47,880 bases of DNA, from contig NC_068981.1 in the NCBI RefSeq assembly GCF_001194135.2, positions 96,116,118 through 96,163,997 of the forward strand. Direction: 5' to 3'. The position numbers and the translations under genes were made by a program. The DNA is from Octopus bimaculoides (Eukaryota). Shown piece by piece: positions 10,150 to 21,475 of the stretch (position 1 is the stretch's first letter; each line of letters begins with the position of its first letter). The notes below the pieces were generated by a model. The model had not been told where the DNA came from. It ran no database searches and saw only the letters and a program-made list of their open reading frames with translations.

Positions 10150-10174
10150 TGAAAAATATATATACACACATATT

Positions 10175-10375
10175 GTAAGGTGGGATAAATGCTATAGATT
10201 AGACTATAAAACCTTGATAAGTCCATAACCTGATTTTGGAAATTCCTTCAAATCATTTATATGTAATGAAAATCACAAGTGATATTACAATTCATTCAGA
10301 AAATCTTAAATTAATCTTTTAACTGTGTAAGAAGACATTTTATGATGTTGACAAAAGCTTGTTTGATTGTACTTT
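10175..10375 (-). repeat. Right arm of the inverted duplication (partner 7988-8349)
   Basis: Direct reverse-complement comparison. The outer flanks diverge immediately after aaagtac. Confidence 0.9.
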
Positions 10376-10658
10376 AACTACTGTAATATTTTCTCCACCA
10401 CTTCTCTTATAAGTCTGCAGTATTAAAGGTATAAAGTTAAAATTATCATCATCATCATCATTGTCATCACCTTCATGATTAAACATTCATGAATCAATAA
10501 TGTGCTTTTTCCCAAATAATGTCACTAATCTGATATTTCAAAATCATTTTCAAATTATTTGGTCGAAAGCAAACCAATATTTTATCCTATAATTGGTTTG
10601 CAAGATTCTTGATGTGGACTTGTGTGTTGAAACAGATTTTGTTATATCTTGTGATGTT

Positions 10659-11053
10659 CATTACACCAATAATTAATACATGCACTGGTTCAAATTCACT
10701 TATTTTATTTCATCATCTGGTTAGCTATTTAACCAACTAACTAATCAATTGTTTAATTAGTCATTCAGTTAATTTATCAATCAGTTGTGTTTGCCACAGT
10801 CATTTTGCTGCTATCCATGACCTCTTCAATGATATGTCCTCTCTGTCCCAGTTCTGTTTCAGGTCTGTTTGAGACATGTCTTTGAAGAGGTCACGAATGG
10901 TGACAAAAGAATTTTGGCAAACGCAACTGATTGATTGATAAACTGAGTGACTAAGCAAACAACTAATTAGTTAGTTGGTTAAATAGCTAACCAATTGATG
11001 AATAATAAAGAAGTGAAATTGAACCAGTGCATGTATTTATTATTGGTATAATG
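10659..11053. mobile_element. Fold-back (palindromic) MITE-like element
   Basis: Arms 10659-10796 and 10915-11053 are reverse complements (catgcactggttcaa/ttgaaccagtgcatg; ggttagctatttaaccaactaactaat/attagttagttggttaaatagctaacc). Inner arms gacctcttca/tgaagaggtc also pair. Confidence 0.75.
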
Positions 11054-13182
11054 ACCCTCTAAATATACAACAAACTAATAATTATGATATTTTCTTTGAT
11101 TGGCACAAAATTGAAAATTGCAGTCATCATATAACTCAATTAAATTGACCCCAATCAATTCATTTAACAATTCCAGGGGAAGCAAAGGTAAAATCACCTC
11201 TGTAGGATTTAAACTTGGAATTAAAAAAATTAAGCTAAACATTGAAAGCCTGTTAATCTTGTGCTCTTTACATTCAAATATCAACTTTGCTTTTGTAACA
11301 GTAATGTTTCTTAGACATAAGGCCCATTTTATTAAAGAGGATAATTGAAATAGTCTGGGTACTTATTTTAAATATTCTACAAAGGTGAAAACCAAATTTC
11401 ATCATTGCCATCATTTTTATATCTGCTTTTCTATGCTGGCATGGGTTGTATGGGAGTCTTTGAGGCAGTGTTTAACACTTGAATACCCTTTATGGCACCA
11501 ACCCATTTAATTACTTCTTATGACATGGAAGAACACAGTGTACCTATTCTAAAAATCAAGAGGATACACACAGTTTAAACCTAAATCTAATAAATCTTAC
11601 AAAATTCACCCTAAATGGTTTTTAAGTATTCACTCCATGGAACTAGCTTTAAATGGGTAAGTGAGTGTGTTTCTTGGAACAATAGTTTCTATAGCTGAAT
11701 ATTCTGCCTACTGCACACAGTGAATTAAAAATGAAACTTGTTCTTCCTTTGTACAATTAGACCAAGTAGAGCAAGTACAGTTAGGTGCCTCATTCAAAGA
11801 GGTACCACAGTGACAACAGAGAAATTTTTCTAATACCTTAGCATATATGCTAAGGTATTAAACGTCAAACTTCTTGTTTATTTTCTTATCAATTTACCAA
11901 AGGGTTTCCTGTTTTCTGTTGGTTTGTTTTATTTATTCTTTAATCATCACAGATAATTGATTGACTTGCTAGTCTGCTGTCACGTATTATCTCAACTGAG
12001 AATGTTCTTTTATTTATGTCATTTCACCTTGACATTATTTTCAATTATTTTGATAACACAAACTCTGGATTTTTTTATTGATTTAAGCTATTTTCGTTGA
12101 TGGCTACATTTGCAGATGGAATAGCAGTATGGACTGGATACTTTAACAGTAATTTAGTGACTGCTGTTAGTGGATTTAAAACCCTGCCAAGGTTGACATG
12201 AAGTTTGCCTCTCATCTTTTGAGAATCTATAAAATATGACTAGTAAATATAATAGAATCATTTACGCCAGTAATAATCTTTATGTCAGGCATAGGCATCC
12301 TTTTTCAAGAAGTGAGTCGCATGAAACATGGCTTATAATCTGACAGGCTGCACTACTAAAAGAAATTCAAGTTATATTTCACTAAGCATGTCATTCAGAA
12401 AGTCTTGCATGCTGCAGGATGTCCATGATGGTTTATGTCATCATTTTTCCTGCTAGAAATAGCAGCCAAATGTTCTTTAAACTACACATTATTATCTTAA
12501 AAAGGATGCCTTACATAATATTGTTAAAGGTATGCAACACCTGACAATAAGACATGATTTTCACAACTGGAATTACTTTGATTGTGTATGTGTGATCTGG
12601 GTCAGTTGGGGCCAAACTTCAACAACTGTGATCAATTGAATTAACTATACTCCCAAAATTGGCCTTGTCTCTAATTAAAGTAATGCTTTAAAAATCATTG
12701 AAAAATATAAACAAAAAACACAGTTCCACTGTTACGTGTTGCCTAAAGAAGACAACAGCTATGTAACAACTTCACTTCTGAGAACACCTCACTGAAATAA
12801 AGGAAGGATTGTTGGCAAAATGGGTCTGGCATAAACATAATTAGACTTTATATCTAATTTTGGATCTCATCACTTTGCATTCAAATTCTGCAATTTAGTC
12901 TATTTTGCTGGCTTTCATCCCTCTGAGAATCAGTATAATTGGTTCCAGTGATAAACTAATGCTAACCCAATCAACTATCTCTACTTCTATTATGAAAACT
13001 ATTTTGTACTCTGGCTAAAGAATTAATTTTTTGTATTCATATAGTCAAAAAATAAATCATAGAGAAAACTGTGTTATCTCACTTAATTCTTTATGATTTG
13101 AATTCATATCTCATTGATGTCTTTCATTTTTATCTATTAAGAAGGCAACAATGACACAATCATTAGTACATCAGGCAAAATG

Positions 13183-13915
13183 CTTAGCAGCATTTTGTTT
13201 ATCTTTACATTCTGAGTTCAAATTCCACTGAGGTCAACTTTCGGGGTTGACAAAATAAGTACCAGTTGAGTCCTAAGGTTGATGTAATTGACTTAGTCCT
13301 TCCTCCGAAATTGCTGGCCTTGTGCTAAAATTTAAAACCATTATTACCCATTTAAAATTGATAAATTAAATTATCAGTAATGCTGTGAGGTCATGAACTC
13401 TGTTAAACTCATTACAATAATGGCTTAGTGATTTATGAAAAAACCATTATTATTGTGGTATTTCGTCCTGTTTTTTTTTTTTTTTTCATTGTAAGTTCAA
13501 ATCCCACGGAAGTCAATTTTGCCTTTCATCCTTTCAGTGTTGAAAACATAAACTACCAGTCAAATCCTGGGGTTAATAGCATTGACCAACCCCCTCCCAC
13601 TAAAAGTGTTGATCTTGTTTTCAAGATTGACTTTGCCTTTCATCCTTTTGGGATCAATAAAATAAATACCGTTTAAACACTGGGATTGACATAATCAACT
13701 TATCCCCTCTCCTGAACTTGATGGCCTTGTGTCAAAATTTAAAATCATTATTAAGGCTGTGAATTGGCAGAATGGTTAGCATACTGAACAAAACACTTAG
13801 CAGCACTTTGTCCATCTTTACATTTTTAGTTCAAATTTTATCAAGGACTAGGGCCAATGTTATTGACTTCCCCTTCCCTTCAAAAGCTATTGGTCCAGTG
13901 CCAAAATTTGGAACC
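13183..13915 (+). mobile_element. Cluster of about four degenerate family B SINEs
   Basis: Repeated gagttcaaattcc / gcctttcatcc / ggccttgtg..aaaattt blocks at about 13183, 13490, 13600 and 13770. Confidence 0.7.
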
Positions 13916-13919
13916 CTTT

Positions 13920-14330
13920 ATCATCATCATCATTATTTAACATCCACTTTCCATGTTGGCATGGGTTGGACAGTTTGATAGGAGCTGTCCAGACTCCAGT
14001 TGTCTGTTTTTGGCATAGTTTCTATGGCTGGATGCCCTTCTTAATGCCAACCACTTTACAGAGTATGCTGGGCGCTTTTTACATACCATCAGCACAGATG
14101 TGGTTGGATAGCCCCAACATAAGTGCATTCGACATGGCATGACACTTACCAGACAAAGACCTCTCAGCTGGGAGAGGGAGTGGTGGCATGGCTATAGAGG
14201 CCATGCCTGTATGTATGGATGGCTGTGATTTTATTCAGCTTGACGTGTCTTCTCCTGTACAGCTAATGACCACAAGTCCCAGTCCTTTATCCCTTATCAT
14301 CTCAGTAAGGCCCAGCATTTATTTTTATTA
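13920..14330 (-). mobile_element. RTE-type 3' tail plus adjoining LINE-like sequence
   Basis: catcatcatcattatttaacatccactttccatgttggcatgggttggac...gctggatgcccttc is the reverse complement of the tail at 8101-8263. Confidence 0.7.
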
Positions 14331-16616
14331 TTGTTGTTGTTACTAGAGAAGGCACTAAACACTCTAACTAGTGGTTAAGGTGTTCAACTTATAAGATTTG
14401 GGGCTTCAATTCTTTGACTGAATGACATATTATATCCTTAAGCAAGGCATTTCATTTCACATTGCTCCTATCTATTCCTTTGTAATAAGTACCAGATGGG
14501 TGTTGGTGGAGCCCCACCTTCCTCCAGCTGTCATATCTCAGATCTTTTGTTGAGTTATGGATCAGGCAATAGGGAGGGTATCTATGTCTGCTCGCAACTG
14601 CATAGACATCTATAACAGTTAGCGAAAGCATGGTATGTATTACTAAGCCATGTTTATTAACTCACTAGTGACAGCTGGCTGTACATTTACTACTGCTACT
14701 TCTACTATTGATTTTTTCTTGTTGTTTAGTAGCCAACACTCCAGCAGATATCTGATCAAGACATTCCAGCTTTGACAATCCTGTCTCCCCCACCACTTAG
14801 ATGGTATACCTAGAATTAAATTATCCAAAGTATATAGCAGTATTTGATTTGAAGGAGATTTGCCTCTTATATACAAATAACCATGTAGAAGGGGGTCCTT
14901 CTTTAGGTCATTGTACAAGAGAGTAGCAATTTAGCAGACACAGTGGAATACAAAGCTGTGTATTTTACTTTCTGCTTTTTCTTCTATTTGTGAAGTTTAT
15001 TAAACTAGCACTTGTGATATACTAAGGCAAATTCAACTGTCTGTACTACATACACACACACAAATCAGAAATTCTCATTTAGAATTTGTCATCAGAAAAA
15101 TATGTGCATCTTACATGTTTTAATCAACAATTTTTTCTAGCATAATGGGAATGTTATGATGATGATAAGGAGTTCAGTGATGATGAATGATTTGCTTCAT
15201 TTTAATTATTTTATTTTTTAAAACATTATGTAAAAAATGACTTGGTATCATCCATTCCTTCTTTGATTATATATTTGTGATTATTATTGTATACACACCA
15301 TTAAACAGTATTATAATTTAAGATTGGCATATTACACACAATCATTGCTATGGGCTGGTGCAATTGGATCCTGAAATACTCAAGTTTTGGTGTTAACTAA
15401 TATTATAGTTAAAATATAACTCTTGGTTTTTTTGGTTAAGTTTAAAGCATTAAATTTTCAAGTCTTGAAATAGTTTCTATTTTTACACAAAATTGCATGA
15501 GAAGTAATTGAAATAATTTTGGTCACACTAGTATTTTAATTATAGTTACATTAGATGGAATGCTACTTTAACTATGACCTGCCAAAAGTATTAAATACAG
15601 CTTTATTTCTTTCATAGCTATGCACATACTACATTATCATAAACATTCTCATACTTTTACACCATTTTTTTCATATCTTATTAAAAGTATATTCAACAAT
15701 AAAATGCATTATATTTCACATATTATTAATACCATTAAAACATTTTCTCATCTAATAACTTTTACTAAATGTATGTTTACAATTGTATTATTAATAAAAT
15801 TCTGACAGTATTCATTCTCTTTTTAAAATTGAGAAATATTTTTTGCTGATGTGTGGTAGAGATAAAAGAAAAAAAAAAGAAATTTTCAAAATATTTTATA
15901 TCTGACTTTTAAAATGTTTTATATGAAACTGTGATAAATATTTTCTCAATTAGAATGACTCACACTATTCATAAATTGATATCATAAATTGGTCTTTAAT
16001 AACAAAGTTCTTTTGTTTTATCTAGAAGAATAATTTTATTTGTTATGTTTATCATCTGATAATGACCAATCAAACAAAATTTTCCAGTTTCAATTTGTTT
16101 AGAAGATAAAATAACTGCTTCTATGAAAATCCCCAAATTTTAACTATTTTATTTTTCTCTCACACACATGCCTTTTCCAATAGGGAAGTCAACTGTTTAA
16201 TTAAAAGAATTTAACTTTACAATCTCATCAAGTTGTCCTAGTGATTTCTTGATGTCTTGTTTCACAGCAGTGAAGTAAATGACTGAAGGATCTTTTTTTT
16301 TTTTTTATACAAATCCTCTCAAGTTAAAAATATTATGAATGCTCTAAATTAATTATAATCACTAAATGCTATATCATTGTTTCTGTATATATCTACAGAA
16401 TAAAGACATGTATCAGTGTTTTATTATTATTTTTTCTTTTTTATGTGTTTCTGTTATTCAGCTTTTTTTTATTCCACCTACTGGATGAAGCCTTAGTATA
16501 TCATTGCCAGTTTATTTACACTGGCCAGAGAGCAATTGATGATACTGGCCAATTGTGGGTTGGACAAAATTGTTATGTGATTAACCTTGGTCCTTGGTAA
16601 TCTTTCAAAATTATTG

Positions 16617-16946
16617 ACCTTCCAAATATGCATATTGCCTAACTCCCCAATCAATGATGAAAATATATATCTGTGATCCTACATGGTGTATAAAATCACA
16701 AGTTGCAAATGTAATAAACACTACATTGGAAGTACCATCAGGCAAGTACATATATGAGTTAAAGAACAACTTTATACTAATGCTTCTTGTGTCCAAAACA
16801 CAAGCACCTATTGAAATTCAATTTCCAAGATATCCAGGTTTCCATTGACACCACAGAATGAAACATTAGGAAGCTAAGAAGCTATCATAGTTAGCAAGAC
16901 CAAACCACATACCAACAACAGAACTAAGTTGCATGCAGCTGATTGA
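16617..16946 (+). mobile_element. Penelope-like element GIY-YIG endonuclease remnant
   Basis: A single frame reads TFQICILPNSPINDENIYL*SYMVYKITSCKCNKHYIGSTIRQVHI*VKEQ...*EAIIVSKTKPHTN. VYK..YIG.T.R motif at 16686-16739; two TGA stops fall where Arg (CGA) is expected. Confidence 0.7.
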
Positions 16947-17157
16947 CTATGATGGCAATTTTATCTTGTGCGTGTAATGAAACCCTGAATATACACACAC
17001 AACTGAACAGGGAAGTCTGCTCACAACGACTGAAGATTTCTTGAAGAAGGAGTCTTTACCCAAAATATTGAAATACAAGTTAAAAAAGTACAAACCTTAT
17101 ACTTGTATTATTTCTTATAACTTGCATTGTTTTGGCATTAAAATATTAAAAACATTT

Positions 17158-17197
17158 ATATCTATCTACCTACCTATCTATCTGTCTGTCTGTCTGC

Positions 17198-17237
<40 letters not shown>

Positions 17238-17250
17238 TTGTGTGTGTGTT
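17158..17250. repeat. Compound (TCTA)n/(TCTG)n/(TG)n microsatellite
   Basis: Seen directly in the sequence. Confidence 0.9.
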
Positions 17251-17435
17251 TGAAATAATGAAGAAAAGAATGTAGAGGTGAACAGATTGTTAAACAGTAT
17301 AAGTAGGTTACTATTGATTGATTAGAAGTTTATAAGGAAATAGAAATAACAAGTTAGTGAAAGTTTCCTAGAGAATTCAGTGAGCTGATTTTCTGTAAGG
17401 AATAAGATAAATCCAACAGTGAGAAAGAGAATATT

Positions 17436-18013
17436 TTGGATCTTGTTCAAAACGGGGGCACCAGTATTTTCTTAATGAAACACTTTGAAACTTGGGACAC
17501 TGGTAGAATGTGTCATATAAAATATCTTTTTCTCTTAGTCTTCTTAACAAAAAAACGTACATCGCAAGTTATTTTATGTTAAAGTTGTCGTATTTCTGTA
17601 ATTTCAACCAATGACTGACGTCCATTCAGCCGAATACATTAAATGCTGACTACGTAAACAAACGATTCTCAAACGATTCTGGCGGTGATAAAATTATTAT
17701 TTCCTTGTCAAAAAATGGCTGAAGCATATTGGCAGTNNNNNNNNNNAACGAAATTATAAATGGAGATTAAATACGCTTTACACCGCTTAAACTGCCAAAG
17801 GAGTAAGTGTAAACAGCTGAATACTTGTCAGTGATTGGTTGAAATTATCGAAATAAGACAATTTTTTACATGAAATAAATTCGAATACAAAAATTTTTTT
17901 CTGTTCTATAACACAAAATAGATAAGTATATGAAGTTTGAAAGTCTTTCGGTACCAAAAACACTACATAAAACATTAATGAAAACTGGTGCCCCCGTTTT
18001 GAACAAGATCCAA
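17436..18013. mobile_element. Non-autonomous inverted-repeat element (family unassigned)
   Basis: Perfect 30-bp inverted repeat TTGGATCTTGTTCAAAACGGGGGCACCAGT (17436-17465) and 17984-18013; no ORF between the arms. Confidence 0.6.
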
Positions 18014-18714
18014 TATTTTTTCACTCCTCACAACAAATCGACTTTTCTGCAAACTCATTCTCGATTATTTTTTGACAGACCAGTATAGATCAGTTTTCTC
18101 ATATTTTAATGTAGGGTTTATACAAGAACAAATATATATCTATACTCTAATAAAACTTTTTAAAAAAAGCTACTTATTAATTAGTATGTATATGTAACTT
18201 ATTAAAGTCTATTCTGTCCAGAAATTTCTTATAAATTACTATTTTAATATGCTTTTATCAAAATGTGGTTTTGAAAGTTTTTTATTATTGAAGATTTCAG
18301 CTTCAATAATAAAAACCTAGTTTTTATTCACTGCAACATAGTTATATTACACTGTGAGACAACTTCTTTGAATGTTTTTGTCCATACTTTGGCATAAAAA
18401 CAGAAACGTACACCACTAAACTTTCTGAAAAATTGATATTTTTAAGTGAAATTTTCTACAAATATATTTCAGATGATGTATATTATAATATCAAAATTTA
18501 ATGGGGGGGAAAATTAGAGGTGGGTTGCAATATTTTACGCATCTTGACTTGGTTTCCTCAAACATTTTAATGATGCAAATTACAGTTATGTTGAAAAAAA
18601 ATTACTTTTGTGGGCTATTCCATCATTTCCTGAAAATTTTCTGAACAAAATCCTTGTAAAAAAAAATATAGATAAAATGCTAACAATAATTATTAAATAC
18701 ATATTTCTTTCATT

Positions 18715-18890
18715 ATTTAATTGTAGTTGTCTGTCTTTATGTTCTGAGTTCAAATTCCGCCAATGTTGACTTTGCCTTTCATCCTTTCAGGGTCGATAAA
18801 TTAAGTACCAGTTGCTTACTGGGGTTGATCTAATTGACTGGCCCCCTCCCCCAAAATTTCGGGCCTTGTGCCTAGAGTAGAAAAGATTAT
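18715..18890 (+). mobile_element. Well-preserved family B SINE
   Basis: ttctgagttcaaattccgcc...tttgcctttcatcctttcagggtcgataaattaagtaccag...gggccttgtgcctagagtagaaaag. Confidence 0.8.
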
Positions 18891-19934
18891 TTTATAGTAG
18901 TCTTAATCTTTGTGCTTTAAACAAGCTCAAAAGTAACCAATCCTCTAGCATACTAAATATGCTAGAAACAACAGGGATCATGTGGACTTCAGAACTAATT
19001 TTTTTCACTATAATTGTAATTTACATTATCAAAACATATGAAAAAACAGAGTCAAAATGCATAAAATATCTGCCCCCGCCCACTTTTTCTTTTCTTCTTC
19101 CTATAAAATTGTAATCATCGGAAATATATTTGTAAAAAATTTCCATTTTTCAGAAAGTTATAAGAAAACAAAGTTGGTAGTGGGAGTTGGGGGAGGGGAC
19201 ACCTTTCTGTAGTTATTTAGTGAACAAGTGGAGCATTATTAGGCAAATTAAGGACCCAAAAGAAAATTGGATATAAGAAATCAGAAAAATTTCACAAATT
19301 GGGAATCAAAAATGTAAATATCATTTGGTGAAGAGCAGAAAACTGTCTGGAAAGCAGTCTTTCTGCTAGCATTTATAAAGACTAACATATTTTTATTTTT
19401 CAATTATATTATATGAGTAACGTTGTCATGGTGATTTGAACTCATGACAATTTTGCTGATTGGAGAAAACAGTGTCCAGAATATACTGAGCTTATACATT
19501 TCCTATGCCGGAGTGGGTTCCAACACAGCAAAATAATGGAGCACTAATTAATTGTACAGAAGTCTTGATGCATCTTACATCTGTAAGCTATACCTCCACA
19601 GCTTTGTTAACTGACCTATTGAAAATTAACCAACTTCACCAGCACACTAATTGGAAATGAATTGTTAATCCTTTAGCAGATGTTTTGGGCCCCTCATTAT
19701 TCAGTCTAGAGCCAAATTAATGAACTTGCTCAAAATAACATTTTAATCAGATTCATTTATTATGAATTATTCTCTTTTGAACTGACTCATATCATAAAAA
19801 TTCATTCTTTCCTTCACTTTTCTCATAACCAGGTTTCAAAAAAAGTGCTGAGGTTGATTTTGACTAAACTTTTGAGACAGTGCCCCAGCATGGCCACAGT
19901 CTAGTGGCTGAAACAAGTAAAAGATAAATATATA

Positions 19935-20845
19935 TTGAGTCATCCCATAAATAATGCGGTTTTTTTATACTTCTTTTATTTTTCAAAATTAAGATAAACA
20001 AATTCCATTTTTAATCTAAAATATACTCTCCTTCATTTTCTACAATGCTCTTCCATCTATCTGTTAGACATGCAAGGCCGCTTTTCCAAAATTCACTTGT
20101 TCGTAATGGAAAATACTCCTCCAATACTATCCTGACCTTGTCTACAGAATTTATATATTTTACGTCCAAATGATTTTGAAGACTGCGGAATAAATAATAA
20201 TCAGATAGGGCAATGTCTGGCAAATATGGTGGGTGGGGCATCGTTTCTCATTCAAACTGCTCCAGCCTTTGGAATGCCATCCTCGCTGTATGTGGCTGAG
20301 CATTATCCTGATGGAAGACACTTTTCATCATGAAACCAAAGATGGTCGTTTTTCTTCTAGCGCTGACTTCAATGACTGGTTGAAACACCAAATCCAAGCT
20401 TCTCTGCTAGTTCCTCAACAGTTACGATGGGATTTTGTTCCACCAAGGTTTACAGGACATCCTCATCAAGCTCTACAGATCTTTTAGGATGAGGTTCGTC
20501 TTCTAGGCTGCAGTTTCTGGCTCAGAATTTCTGGAACTACCGCTGACACTGGTTTATGCTTATTGTCCAATCCTCATATACTGCATTGATATTCCTTACA
20601 CTTTCCATTGCATTGTTGCCTTTATTGAACTCATAATGCAAAATATGCCGAATATGCTCTTTTGTCACTTCCATTATAGCTTTAAAAAAATAACTGTTAA
20701 AATTGAACTGCACTCTAAAACTTACACTAAGGATAAGGACAAGGGAAAATTACTACCTTCTTTTATAGCACTTATATATACTTCACATTCAAATTTTAAT
20801 GCCCCACGATTGTTTGCATTGCTTTCTGACAAAAGTCAAGACACA
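19935..20845 (-). mobile_element. Mariner transposon, internally deleted and pseudogenised
   Basis: ATG at 20674: MEVTKEHIRHILHYEFNKG...EDEPHP...VEQNPIVTVEELAEKLG. C-terminus PHPPYLPDIALSDYYLFRSLQNHL...GEYILD* (stop 20011). One TIR-like end after TA at 19935; the other end is missing. Confidence 0.85.
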
Positions 20846-20847
20846 TA

Positions 20848-21475
20848 TTAGGTCTGATCAATAAGTATCCGGACTGTTGCCATAGTAACGAAACAAAAAG
20901 CATGCAGAGTAAAGCTGCTTGGCAGAGATTGACCTTGAATTCTGTTGTGCATATGCACTAAGTTTTAACGTTCTAGCTCACTTGCGCTGTTTACAACAGT
21001 GCTTGGAATGAAGGTGTGTAGCGTGTGACCATTGCATTGACCATAACAGAGAAAGTTGTCATGGCGATACCTGCTCAGAGGCCTATGCAAAATTGCAGAA
21101 AGTGTATGGAGAGGAGTGTATGAGCTGCACCCAAGTGTACAAGTGGTTCAGATGTTTCCAAGATGGCCAAAAAAATGTTGATATTGACGAACATTCTGGG
21201 AGACCGGCAACCAACATAACTGAGAAAAGCATCGCAGATGTGCATGCAACTGTGAGGGGAAATCATCAAATCACCATCTGTGAGTTATCAGAGGATATGC
21301 AGATTAATTACGGTTCAGTTCAGTCCATTATCGCTGAAGATTTGGGTATGAGATGCATGTCTGCCAAGTTTGAGCTAAAATTGCTTTCAGCTGACCAAAA
21401 AGATACCCAGGTTTCAGTTGCACAAGATCTCGATTGTGTTGAGAATGATGAAAAGTTTTTGAAAACTTTGCATAA
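20848..21475 (+). mobile_element. Mariner transposon 5' half (HTH region), truncated
   Basis: TIR-like ttaggtctgatcaataagtatccggac after TA. ORF 21093-21542 reads MQKVYGEECMS..VYKWFRCFQDG..HSGRP..ITICELSE..GSVQSIIAEDLGMRCMSAKF. Confidence 0.85.

Noticed and set aside
14643-14918. 91-aa - strand ORF as a further exon or gene
   Set aside because: It overlaps a recurring repeat motif (gaaggagatttg.ct), and has no homology or convincing splice sites.
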